A stretch of 63,349 nucleotides of DNA, filler included. It is 9 parts of 9 records of this genome, joined end to end, with 100 filler letters (N's around TTAATTAATTAA, not from the genome) between each part and the next. Parts side by side here need not be neighbours in the genome. Positions count along the whole stretch, not along the records: positions 18,183 to 31,400 come from SRR31156797_33206; positions 31,501 to 37,776 come from SRR31156797_33207; positions 37,877 to 43,319 come from SRR31156797_33246; 6 more parts are not named here. The stretch is one strand, 5' to 3'. How positions within the stretch are numbered: position 1 is the first letter of the stretch; the number at the start of each line of letters is the position of its first letter. Both the position numbers and the translations under genes were made by a program. The notes beneath the pieces were generated by a model that worked only from the letters and a program-made list of their open reading frames with translations, made no database searches and was not told the DNA's origin. Shown here in pieces: positions 29,131 through 38,891 of this stretch.

Positions 29131-31032
29131 ATGATAAAGAAATCACTTCCTGTAATATTTATTTTACTTGCACTTTTTGCTTGTACGCAAAAAGAACAAG
29201 AAGCCCCAAAAAGTGAGTTAGTTCAACGCCTCGAAGGATTTTTTTACAACAAAGAGTTTGTTGTAATTCCTGATGCCACCTTCAATGTGGCAGATTTCGG
29301 AGCCATTGCCGATGGGAAAACAATAGCAACAGAAGCCATCCAGAAAGCGATTGATGCCGCAGCAAAAGCTGGAGGTGGCAAAGTTATTTTTGAGCCTGGC
29401 ACCTATTTATCAGGGGCTCTTTTCGTAAAATCAAATGTGGAATTGCACATTGCAGAAGGGGTGGTTATCCAAGCCATTCAAAATAACGATTATTACCCGC
29501 GAAAGTGGACACGAATTGCCGGAATTGAAATGAAATGGCCCGCTGCTTTAATAAATGTTTACGATGAAAAGAATGTTCGCATTACTGGTAAAGGTGTTAT
29601 TGATGGCAACGGAAGATACTGGTGGAACAAATTCTGGGGCGACCCAAAATACAGTGGAGGTATGTGGGGCGAATACAAAGAAAAAGGCATCCGCTGGGCA
29701 GTTGACTACGATTGTGAGCGAGTGCGTCCGGTGGTGATTTGGGAATCGGAAGATGTTTTATTGAAAGATTTTACCGTTCAACGTGCTGGTTTCTGGACTG
29801 TTTCGTTAACCTACAGCACCCGTGTTCATGTTGATGGTTTGCTTGTTCGTAATAACATCGGCGGACATGGTCCAAGTTCAGATGGAATTGATACCGATTC
29901 TTCAAAAGATATATTGGTTGAAAACTGCGACATTGATTGTAACGACGACAACCTGTGTATAAAAGCAGGAAAAGATGCCGATGGATTACGTGTAAACCGT
30001 CCGGCTGAAAACATCGTTTACCGGAACTGCATTACCCGGGCAGGCCATGGTTTATTAACGCTTGGTAGCGAGACTTCAGGTGGTATGAAAAACATCGAGG
30101 TGTACGGGCTTGAGGCAGACGGAACCAACATTGGAATCCGTTTTAAATCGGCAAAAGTACGAGGTGGGTTAATGGAAAATATCCATTTTCACGATATCAA
30201 AATGAAAAATGTGGCTAATCCGTTTCATTTCGAGTTAAACTGGTATCCGGAGTACAGCTATTGTAATATTCCTGAGTCCATTCCTGAAGAAGAAATAAAA
30301 GAGCGCTGGAGGGTATTAAGTCAACGTGTTATTCCTGAAGAAAAAGGAATTCCTGAATTCAGAAACATAAAGTTGAGTAATATTAAGGTTGAAAAAGCCA
30401 AACGTGCATTTTATGCCAATGCCTATCCCGAAAAACCAATACACCACATTAGCTGGGAAAATGTTTCGGTTGAAGCGGAAGAAAGTGGCAAATTAAGTTA
30501 TGCCAGCGACTGGACCATGAAAAATGTCCAGCTTAAATCGGCCAGTGGTAAGCCAATTGAACTAATTGAGTGTACAAATATTCAGCAACCGGAATTGATT
30601 AAAATGGCTGCTGCACCAAAACAAGAAGAGCGAAAACTAACACTAGATGAACAATTCAGGAAAATAAACTTTAAAGCCGAATTGGTTATTGTACCGGTAA
30701 ACCCCAGTGAAGTGCAAGCTTTGGTAGATGGCGATACAACTTCTTACTCCAAAGAATTTGTTGTACACATTTTAAAAGAAGAAGATGCTAACATGCATTT
30801 TTACGAGCCTCTTGGCGATGGTTTCTACCAGTCGAAGGTTGAAATCGCCACTAAAACCCAGGGAAAACTTATTGAGGTAAAAGGGCAAAAAGACCACGAC
30901 TATACCATAAAAGTACTGCGTACAACCAAACCCCAAAATGTAAAAGGGGCGGATAATTGGAGCTACGACGAAAACACAAGAAAAGTAATAATTGAAAAAT
31001 CGGGAAAAAGTTTCTCACTTCAGATTGACTAA
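29131..31032 (+). CDS. Glycoside hydrolase family 28 (poly/rhamnogalacturonase-like) lipoprotein with C-terminal extension
   Basis: DFGA..DG, SDGID, NDDNLCIKAG, GHG, GSE motifs. Confidence 0.92.
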   Translation: MIKKSLPVIFILLALFACTQKEQEAPKSELVQRLEGFFYNKEFVVIPDATFNVADFGAIADGKTIATEAIQKAIDAAAKAGGGKVIFEPGTYLSGALFVKSNVELHIAEGVVIQAIQNNDYYPRKWTRIAGIEMKWPAALINVYDEKNVRITGKGVIDGNGRYWWNKFWGDPKYSGGMWGEYKEKGIRWAVDYDCERVRPVVIWESEDVLLKDFTVQRAGFWTVSLTYSTRVHVDGLLVRNNIGGHGPSSDGIDTDSSKDILVENCDIDCNDDNLCIKAGKDADGLRVNRPAENIVYRNCITRAGHGLLTLGSETSGGMKNIEVYGLEADGTNIGIRFKSAKVRGGLMENIHFHDIKMKNVANPFHFELNWYPEYSYCNIPESIPEEEIKERWRVLSQRVIPEEKGIPEFRNIKLSNIKVEKAKRAFYANAYPEKPIHHISWENVSVEAEESGKLSYASDWTMKNVQLKSASGKPIELIECTNIQQPELIKMAAAPKQEERKLTLDEQFRKINFKAELVIVPVNPSEVQALVDGDTTSYSKEFVVHILKEEDANMHFYEPLGDGFYQSKVEIATKTQGKLIEVKGQKDHDYTIKVLRTTKPQNVKGADNWSYDENTRKVIIEKSGKSFSLQID

Positions 31033-31043
31033 AGAAATACATC

Positions 31044-31400
31044 ATGAAACGACTGGCAACCTTATTTTTAAGTATTGTTTTAGTGCTCAATGTTTGGGCC
31101 ACCCCGGGAAAAAAAGAAATAAAATACCTCTCGGGAACGGATAACGAAAACACCGTAAGCTGGGATTTTTTCTGTACAGAAGGACGCAAAAGCGGAGAAT
31201 GGACTACTATTGAAGTTCCGTCTCATTGGGAACAACAAGGTTTTGGCGAATACGACTATGGACGTGATTACCGCACCTACGGTAAAAAGTTTGAGTTCTC
31301 GAAAGAAAGTGGGATTTATAAACACAAATTTAGCATTCCTGAAAACTGGAACGATAAAAAGGTATATATCGTTTTTGAAGGTTCAATGACCGATACCGAA
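31044..31400 (+). CDS. Glycoside hydrolase family 2, N-terminus (3' truncated)
   Basis: WTTIEVPSHWEQQGFG and VYIVFEGSMTDT of the GH2 sugar-binding domain. Confidence 0.8.
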
Positions 31401-31500
31401 NNNNNNNNNNNNNNNNNNNNNNNNNNNNNNNNNNNNNNNNNNNNTTAATTAATTAANNNNNNNNNNNNNNNNNNNNNNNNNNNNNNNNNNNNNNNNNNNN

Positions 31501-32147
31501 GCATGCCCACCATTACGGTGCAGTGCGACCCCCGGTCGGGTCTTGCATCGGTCCTCGAACATCGCCTTAAAAAACAGATCGAAGCCATTCCCCTTCCGCC
31601 CGGATACACCCTGGAATGGGGCGGCGAATCCGAAGAGAGCCAAAAAGGTCAGGCGAATCTCAAGAAACTGTTCCCCATCTGCCTACTGGGCATGTTTGTG
31701 CTGGTGGTCTGTCTGTTCAATTCCCTCAGGGAGCCGATCATCATCTTTCTGTGCATCCCCCTTGCCATTATCGGGGTGACCCTGGGGCTGCTCACATTTT
31801 ACATGCCCTTCGGGTTTCTGGCGATCTTAGGGTTTCTTGGGCTCACCGGCATGTTGGTCAAAAACTGCATCGTCCTGCTGGATCAGGTAAAAATGGAGGT
31901 GAAAGGGGGCGCCGGCCCATACCAGGCCCTGCTCAATGCCTCCGTGAGCCGTTTGCGGCCGGTGATCATGGCGGCGGGCACCACCATTTTGGGGATGATG
32001 CCCCTGTTGTTTCATCCCTTTTTTGCCTCCATGGCCGCCACCATCATGGGCGGGCTCATGGTGGCCACGGTGCTGACCCTGTTGATTGCGCCGATTTTGT
32101 ATACGATTTTTTTCCGGATTAAGAAGGAAGACATGCGTTTGGAATGA
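31501..32147 (+). CDS. RND (AcrB/AcrD/AcrF) efflux transporter C-terminus, 5' truncated
   Basis: LPPGYTLEWGGE, GMLVKNCIVLLD, RLRPVIM, GGLMVATVLTL. Confidence 0.93.
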
Positions 32148-33634
32148 GGAGAAAAATGACTAATCCGAACCCAGTTCGCCTGCGCCTCAAAGGGGTTATG
32201 ATCGCTTTTTTGGGGGTGGTTCTGGCTGCCTTAACCGGGTGTGCCGTGGGCCCCGATTTCAAGGCGCCTGAAAACCCCTACGGGGTAAAATGGGGCGATG
32301 CGCCGAAGACCTCCCAACTGGTTGCCTCCGAACCCGCAGGGACGGATTCATGGTGGCGAAATTTCAATGACCCGGTGCTGGATGAGCTCATTTCCCAAGC
32401 CAACGGTCAGAATATTACCCTGAAGATCGCCGGTCTCAGGGTCCTGGAAGCAAGGGCCTTGAGAGGGGTGGCCGTGGGCAATCTCTTTCCCCAGTCCCAG
32501 TTCCTGGAAGGGGGCTATAGCCGTGCTAATTTAAGCACTGAAACGGCCAATGTATTTCCGGTGCAGGATTTCAACCAATACCATGCCGGCTTCGACGTGT
32601 TGTGGGAACTGGATGTGTGGGGCCGGTTTCGGCGGGGCGTGGAAGCAGCGGATGCATCCTTGTATGCGACGGTCATGACCTTTCATGACGCATGGGTGTC
32701 CATCACGGCGGAAATCGCCCTGGCCTATTTCGACCTTTGCGCTTACGACCAGCGGATTGAATTGTTGAATCAGAATATCCATATTCAGGAAGAGACCCTC
32801 CGCCTGGTGAAGGCCCGTTACCGACACGGCGCCACCACGGAGTTGGACGTCAAGCAATCCCTGGGGGAGTTGCGCAATATCGAGAGCGCCCTGCCGCTTC
32901 TGGAGACCGGTCGGCAGACCTCCAAGAATCGTTTGTGCCTGTTGCTGGGGCTGGGGCCCGGGGATCTGAATATCATGTTGTCCCAGCGGGGAAGGATCCC
33001 TACACCGCCCGAAAACGTGGCCGTGGGGATTCCGGCGGACCTGCTTGAAAGGCGTGCGGATATAAGACAGGCGGCCTTCTCGGCCCAGGCCCAATGCGCT
33101 CGTATCGGAGTTGAAAAATCGGATTTTTTGCCCCACATCTTTCTCTATGGCAGCGTGGGGTTCGAGGCCGCAAACGCAGGGGACCTCTTCAGCAGCGGCG
33201 CATTTACAGGCATGATCGGGCCGTCATTTAGGTGGAACATCCTCAATTACGGTAGGATCCGGAACCGGGTAAAAGCCCAGGACGCCCGGTTTCAGCAGGC
33301 CATGGCCAATTATCGTTTGACCGCGGTCCGGGCCTTGAATGAAGTGAACAGCGTTATGACCGCCTACATCAAAACTCAAGATCAGGTGGTTCGGCTCTCG
33401 GAAAGCGTTTCCGCCATCCGGAAATCCTTCAAACTGGCCACACTTCAATACGAAAACGGGCTCATCGATTTTCAACGGGTGCTGGATTCCCAATCCTTCC
33501 TGGTGCGGCAGCAGGATAACCTGGCCTCGGCCCAACGGGACGTGGTCCAGAACCTGGTGCGCCTATACAAGGCCCTGGGCGGCGGCTGGGAGGTTCAGGC
33601 AAAAACGGAACATGCCGAAAAAGCGCAACCGTGA
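32144..33634 (+). CDS. TolC/OprM-family outer-membrane efflux lipoprotein
   Basis: TGCAVGPDF lipobox, WELDVWG, LLERRADI, LYKALGGGW. Confidence 0.95.
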   Translation: MRRKMTNPNPVRLRLKGVMIAFLGVVLAALTGCAVGPDFKAPENPYGVKWGDAPKTSQLVASEPAGTDSWWRNFNDPVLDELISQANGQNITLKIAGLRVLEARALRGVAVGNLFPQSQFLEGGYSRANLSTETANVFPVQDFNQYHAGFDVLWELDVWGRFRRGVEAADASLYATVMTFHDAWVSITAEIALAYFDLCAYDQRIELLNQNIHIQEETLRLVKARYRHGATTELDVKQSLGELRNIESALPLLETGRQTSKNRLCLLLGLGPGDLNIMLSQRGRIPTPPENVAVGIPADLLERRADIRQAAFSAQAQCARIGVEKSDFLPHIFLYGSVGFEAANAGDLFSSGAFTGMIGPSFRWNILNYGRIRNRVKAQDARFQQAMANYRLTAVRALNEVNSVMTAYIKTQDQVVRLSESVSAIRKSFKLATLQYENGLIDFQRVLDSQSFLVRQQDNLASAQRDVVQNLVRLYKALGGGWEVQAKTEHAEKAQP

Positions 33635-33681
33635 GCTTTTCCCCGGATATTCATGGGCAATGGCTTTCCTGAAAATGAAGA

Positions 33682-34797
33682 TCACTGGGTCAGATAAAGG
33701 TTGGCCATCCGGTCCGCTACCCGATCCCAATCGTGTTTCAGTGCCCGATGGCGGGCACGTTCTCCCATCTTAAACCGGTTCTCCGTATTTGAAAGGAATT
33801 TTATTTTTTCGCACAATTCAGTGGCCGTCGGAGGATCACTCAAAACGAACCCCTCCACGCCGTCATTCACCAGGTCCCGGGCTCCCACTGTCCGGCTGAT
33901 GATCACGGGCAACCCTGCCGCCATGGCTTCCAGAACCGCCATGCCGAAGGTATCGTAAACCGACGGCATGGCAAAAATATCGCTTGCAAAATAGTATTTT
34001 TCCACCTCGTGGGTTACCCCCGCAAATATGACCCGGTCAGCCACACCATATTCCCGGGCCATATCCGTATAAACCGTCTCTTTTCCCTTGCCCACCACCA
34101 GAAGCTTGACGCCCTCTCCTTGACCACCCCCCGGTGACGCGCTCGAAATGCCCTTGATGAGCAACCCCAACCGTTTGATCTCAAAATTCATCCCCACAAA
34201 CAGAATAACCAGGTCCTCTTTTTTGATCCCGTGACGCATCCGGATCTCTTGTCTACAACCCGGGTTATCCATCTCTCTAAACCGTTCCAGGGATACGCCC
34301 GGATGAATCACCTCAATACGGCTTTCCGGAACCGGGTAGTTCTTTTGCAGCTCATCTTTGACCAGGGTCGAAACCGGAAGCACCATGGGGATGGGTGACC
34401 CCGTCAATCCCTTTTTTTCCACCCATGCCATCCCACGATCAAAAAAACTGAGCCGTTTATTTCTCATGCGCCTGATCCAGGTCTCGTGGGGAATACCGTG
34501 CAGGGTAAAGAGATTCATTTTGAAAATCCGGTCGTGGCTGTGAACCAGATGGTATGAGGACTTTTGGATTTGGCGATTTACAAACCAGGCAAAGCTTATC
34601 TGTTTCAGAAAACGCGGAAAAACAAGTATGGGAACCCGGTGAAATACAATGGGGGCGCTCCCCCGGCGGTAGCGGTTCGCAAACACATGAATCTCAAATT
34701 CATCCCGCATGGCCAGTCGTTCCGTGAGGGCGTAAACAAACCCTTCCGCACCACCCAGCAAACCATATTTTGGTATAACCACCGCAATTTTTATCAT
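33682..34797 (-). CDS. GT4 glycosyltransferase (RfaG/WaaG-like)
   Basis: GGAE N-terminal motif, PSVYDTFGMAVLEAMAAGLP; likely start MIKIAVV at 34797. Confidence 0.9.
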   Translation of the reverse strand: MIKIAVVIPKYGLLGGAEGFVYALTERLAMRDEFEIHVFANRYRRGSAPIVFHRVPILVFPRFLKQISFAWFVNRQIQKSSYHLVHSHDRIFKMNLFTLHGIPHETWIRRMRNKRLSFFDRGMAWVEKKGLTGSPIPMVLPVSTLVKDELQKNYPVPESRIEVIHPGVSLERFREMDNPGCRQEIRMRHGIKKEDLVILFVGMNFEIKRLGLLIKGISSASPGGGQGEGVKLLVVGKGKETVYTDMAREYGVADRVIFAGVTHEVEKYYFASDIFAMPSVYDTFGMAVLEAMAAGLPVIISRTVGARDLVNDGVEGFVLSDPPTATELCEKIKFLSNTENRFKMGERARHRALKHDWDRVADRMANLYLTQ

Positions 34798-34961
34798 GGT
34801 GAAACCGAATCCAATGAGCCTTTCCCTGCTGCGAAGCCCTCCCTCCACCGGGTCCCGCGGAACATCCAAAGAATTGGGGAAAACAAAACTATACTTTATC
34901 AAAAATGGCATGTAAAGTATCCTCTATATATACCCTTTGCCCGTTTTGACATGACGATCAT

Positions 34962-36077
34962 ATGAAAATTGAACGGTATCTGAAATATGCACCGAAGCGG
35001 GACGTGGTGTTTGTTCTGGGCGCAGGCGCCTCCTATGGAGACGGCGTTCCCCTGCAACGGGATATCCTTCCCATGCTCCTGGACGGCAGCATGGAGAACC
35101 TGGAGCGCTCTGCAATGGGGCGGCAGGTGAAGGCATTCATTGAATCCAATTTTTATGTGGATGCGGAGGCGGGGGAATTCCCCAAACTGGAAGCGGTGTT
35201 CGGTTTCCTTGATTATTTCATTTCCCAGCGTGAAAGCCTGAATGCCCGGTACGACTATGAAGAAATTGTCCTGATCAAGGAAAATCTGATCAAAATCATC
35301 CATTACATTGTCAATGAACGTTCAAACCGGCAAAGCCCTTTTTATCACCGTTTCTGGGAGGCCATAGGGCGCCATAATCGCAACGTATCCATCATTACCC
35401 TCAATTATGACACACTTCTGGAGCAGGCTTTTAAACCCCTGTATTCGGAAACGGGGTATATTGACTATTGCATTCACCTCATGAACTATGAAAAACATGA
35501 GGCACTAAAGGAGTTTCAATTCTGGGTCAATCCCCGGGAGCCGGTCCCGGCGGAACCCCATGAAGATCCTGCGCCCTTTAAAATCATCAAACTTCACGGC
35601 AGCCTGAACTGGAAATATTGCAACTGCTGTAACCAGGCTCTCTTAACCACCTGGGACCGCAGCATCGATCTCGACAGCGGCAGTTTTGTGGGCTATACCC
35701 AACCGGAGAAGAAGGCATATGATTACATCTGTCCCGTGGACGGGACCGAATTTCAAACCCTGATCCTGCCGCCTTCATATGTGAAGACCCTCAACAACCC
35801 GGTGATCAGCCGGCTTTTCAGCGAAGCCTCCCGGGAAATACGCGCCACCCGCCGAATCGTTTTTATCGGCTACGCCCTCTCGGATGGGGACGTTCACATG
35901 AAGGCCCTCTTTCAAAAACACCTTCACCCGGATGTGGATCTGCTGGTAATCAACCCGAAATCATCCGAAAGCGTCAGGCATCGGTACTCGGCCCTGTCCC
36001 GCAAAACGCGGTTCTGCCGGAGGACTTTCGAAGACCTGGTTCAAAACGAAGATCTCATGCGGAAACTCCTGACATGA
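34962..36077 (+). CDS. SIR2-like (SIR2_2) protein with Cys-rich insert
   Basis: FVLGAGAS, ITLNYD, KLHGSLNW, CNCC...CP, FIGYAL. Confidence 0.85.
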   Translation: MKIERYLKYAPKRDVVFVLGAGASYGDGVPLQRDILPMLLDGSMENLERSAMGRQVKAFIESNFYVDAEAGEFPKLEAVFGFLDYFISQRESLNARYDYEEIVLIKENLIKIIHYIVNERSNRQSPFYHRFWEAIGRHNRNVSIITLNYDTLLEQAFKPLYSETGYIDYCIHLMNYEKHEALKEFQFWVNPREPVPAEPHEDPAPFKIIKLHGSLNWKYCNCCNQALLTTWDRSIDLDSGSFVGYTQPEKKAYDYICPVDGTEFQTLILPPSYVKTLNNPVISRLFSEASREIRATRRIVFIGYALSDGDVHMKALFQKHLHPDVDLLVINPKSSESVRHRYSALSRKTRFCRRTFEDLVQNEDLMRKLLT

Positions 36078-36184
36078 GGCGACTCGTTAAATGACAGGAA
36101 AGTTTTAGGCAAGTACGTTTCAAATCGCTTTTGTCAGTAAATTTATTTTTCAACGCCCGCTTTTCCGGATGAGGAGGCCATGCC

Positions 36185-37012
36185 ATGGATGAGAATTACC
36201 TTAAGCATATCGATCGGTTGATTCGACAGAGACCTGCGGCCGGTCCCACACTGCAGCCATATCGTGAATTGGCTTGTCTCATGATTCAGGCTGACCCGGC
36301 CCTCGAAACCAAAAGACCGGAACACGGGCATCCGGAGATCCGGAGAAAAGAAGGGTTTCCCCTTTTTTCCAGGGAAAATCTGCCCCTGGATTTTGGTGCG
36401 GCCGCCGCGCTTTTGAACCGATGCTTCAAATATTTGAGCGAAACTGACCGGAAGGATCGGCGCGGGTTAGCAAACGTCCTCAAAGAATCGGAAAGGGACC
36501 CCCGATGGGCCAAACGTCTATTCATGGCCATCCTGAAACAGGACCAAAAGGGACTGGCAACCATGGCGGGCCGGACCGGTCCGGACCCTGCCGTGCTCCT
36601 TTTTCTGGGAAAGACGGCTTTGCGACCTTCATTTACAGCCCTTCGCCATTTGATGGAACAAAACATCCATGACAAACATTGGAATCATGGATATTGCCCC
36701 CTATGTGGTTCCCAACCGGACATGGCCTGTTTTACAAGAACGGGTAAGAGACGGCTTCATTGTGAATTGTGTGGAGAAACGTGGGCTTTTCCTCGAATGG
36801 GGTGTCCCTTCTGCAACAACGAGGCACAGGAAGATTTGGGTTATTTTGAGGCTGAAGAGGAAGAAGGCTTGCGGGTCTATTTCTGCCGGGTCTGCCAAAG
36901 GTACTTGAAAACCATTGACAGCCGGGTATTTGAGGAACTTGCACCTATGGAACTGGAAAGCCTTGCCACGCTACATCTGGACGTCATTGCCCACGAAAAT
37001 GGATTCAAATAG
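36185..37012 (+). CDS. fdhE: Formate dehydrogenase accessory protein FdhE
   Basis: Four CxxC pairs (CPLC, CELC, CPFC, CRVC) followed by YLKT; upstream of the FDH alpha subunit. Confidence 0.9.
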   Translation: MDENYLKHIDRLIRQRPAAGPTLQPYRELACLMIQADPALETKRPEHGHPEIRRKEGFPLFSRENLPLDFGAAAALLNRCFKYLSETDRKDRRGLANVLKESERDPRWAKRLFMAILKQDQKGLATMAGRTGPDPAVLLFLGKTALRPSFTALRHLMEQNIHDKHWNHGYCPLCGSQPDMACFTRTGKRRLHCELCGETWAFPRMGCPFCNNEAQEDLGYFEAEEEEGLRVYFCRVCQRYLKTIDSRVFEELAPMELESLATLHLDVIAHENGFK

Positions 37013-37264
37013 AAGGGAAGGCTTATGTCAAGGTTGACACATATAAATAATTGATTTTTAAGGAGAATTATGTTGACAAAATTTTTATGGGGGTATTTAA
37101 TTTCTGTTCAGGGCGGCATCTTTTACATTGGGACATCCCATGTCAAGTTCGGTCTTTTCCCGCTGATCCACCATATTATCTCTTGTGGTTCACACGCCCC
37201 ATTGATTTTCATTTATCCTTATTTTAACCCAAATTCAAAACCCTAGATTAAGGAAGGAGATACC

Positions 37265-37776
37265 ATGAACGTTAATCGTCGTGACTTTCTTAAAATCGCA
37301 GGGGCTTCCGCCGCAGGCGCCGCCATTTTCGGCCTGGACCTGGATTTGAAACCCATCAAAGCCCACGCCCAAACCCTGAAAATCCGCCATGCCAAGGAGA
37401 CAACCAGCATCTGTTGCTATTGCGCCGTGGGCTGCGGCGTGATCTGCAGCACGGGAGAAACCGGCGCGGGGAAAATCATCAACATCGAAGGGGATCCCGA
37501 CCATCCGGTCAATGAGGGGGCCCTCTGTGCAAAAGGCGCCGGCCTGAGCCAGCTGGCCAACAACGACAGCCGCATCACCACGCCCATGTACCGGGCGCCC
37601 TACAGCAACAAATGGCAGGAGGTGTCCTGGGAATGGGCACTTTCAACCATTGCGGAAAGGGTCAAGAGAAGCCGGGATGCCAGCTTCGAGCATCAAAACC
37701 ACAAGGGTCAGGTGGTCAACCGCACCATGGGCATCGCCAGCGTGGGAAGCGCGGCCCTGGACAATGAAGAATGCTG
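37265..37776 (+). CDS. fdnG: Periplasmic formate dehydrogenase alpha subunit (FdnG/FdhA type), 3' truncated
   Basis: Tat signal NRRDFLK; CCYCAVGC Fe-S motif; EGDPDHPVNEGALCAKG; DNEEC. Confidence 0.9.
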
Positions 37777-37882
37777 NNNNNNNNNNNNNNNNNNNNNNNN
37801 NNNNNNNNNNNNNNNNNNNNTTAATTAATTAANNNNNNNNNNNNNNNNNNNNNNNNNNNNNNNNNNNNNNNNNNNNTTCACA

Positions 37883-37910
37883 GTACGGGTAGACTCCCAT
37901 GTCTACACTG
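37883..37910 (+). repeat. REP-like palindrome, copy 1 (downstream of RAYT)
   Basis: GTACGGGTAGAC-TCCCAT-GTCTACAC. Confidence 0.8.
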
Positions 37911-37923
37911 TTTTTAGCACGTT

Positions 37924-38490
37924 TTACTTAAACCTCTCATAAAATCTATCCTCTTCCCAATTCCTAGGATTATTTCTTATATAATTGACTACTCTTTCAT
38001 ACTTCTCTTCATTTCGAATTATATTTTCATAATAATTCCTGTGCCAAATACGCCTATCAAACGATGGCAAAATTCCATCTTTCACAGCTTTTATATATCT
38101 ATTTGTTGTTAATGTCTTATATCTTTGAATCAATTCCGAAATTGATAATTGTTTTTGCCTCTGTACGGGCAGACTCCTATCTCTGCCCTGTATTTTTAGG
38201 TGCTCTTCAGCTTTGTCCACTATCTCAATTATCCCATGAATATGATTTGGCATTACTACATAATCATGCAGTTCAAAACCACTATAATATTCAGGAATTT
38301 CCTTCCAACACTTCTCTATTAATCTTCCCGCATAATTCAGTTCCATTTTATTTTCAATTATTTCACCAAATAGATATCCCATATTTTGCGTCCCAATAGT
38401 TATGAAATACAGCCCCTCTTTAGAATAATCATATCCTTTCAATCTTATTGATTGCCTTTTATGAATATCAGAATCAAATCTTTTCCCCAT
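37924..38490 (-). mobile_element. REP-associated tyrosine transposase (RAYT; Y1 HUH family)
   Basis: RQSIRLKGYDYS..GLYFIT, VVMPNHIHGII (HUH), WHRNYYENIIR, YIRNNP. Confidence 0.92.
38163..38190 (+). repeat. REP-like palindrome, copy 2 (inside the RAYT CDS)
   Basis: GTACGGGCAGAC-TCCTAT-CTCTGCCCTG. Confidence 0.8.
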
Positions 38491-38507
38491 GCTATATCTC
38501 CTACTCT

Positions 38508-38535
38508 GTACGGGCAGACTCCCATGTCTGCCCTG
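38508..38535 (+). repeat. REP-like palindrome, copy 3 (upstream of RAYT)
   Basis: GTACGGGCAGAC-TCCCAT-GTCTGCCCTG, perfect 8-bp stem. Confidence 0.85.
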
Positions 38536-38821
38536 CTTTTCCTCTTACTTTTATATTCAACATTACTCCTATTCTATCCCATCCAGCTTTCTTTTACAAG
38601 AATAGTTTATATAGCAAAAATGACACATCCAACTGTGTCATTTTCTTCCTAGTTTTATTTTTATCGGTTTTTTAACCATTAGTTTCTATTTTTAATCTTT
38701 TTCTGTCTTTTTATCTAGTTTTAGCCATGAAAACTTTTTTTATAACACTGTCTCATTTACTTTCCTTGCAAATTTTAGCTCTCAATAGTATCTTTATAAA
38801 TTCTCTTTTAGTAAAGCCAAA

Positions 38822-38850
38822 TTGAATTTGATTTTATAAAGTGCTATAAT
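38822..38850 (+). promoter_or_regulatory. Sigma70 promoter of the diguanylate cyclase
   Basis: TTGAAT-17 nt-TATAAT with TG extended -10. Confidence 0.65.
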
Positions 38851-38891
38851 TAATTGAAAATACGACAAAATTTAATTTAGGGGCTGATAAT

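Noticed and set aside
37265-37776. Selenocysteine/SECIS in formate dehydrogenase
   Set aside because: The contig ends before the Sec/Cys active-site codon, so it cannot be assessed
37883-38535. 28-nt direct repeats as a CRISPR array
   Set aside because: Spacing is irregular (about 280-345 nt) and spans a transposase CDS; no cas genes are present
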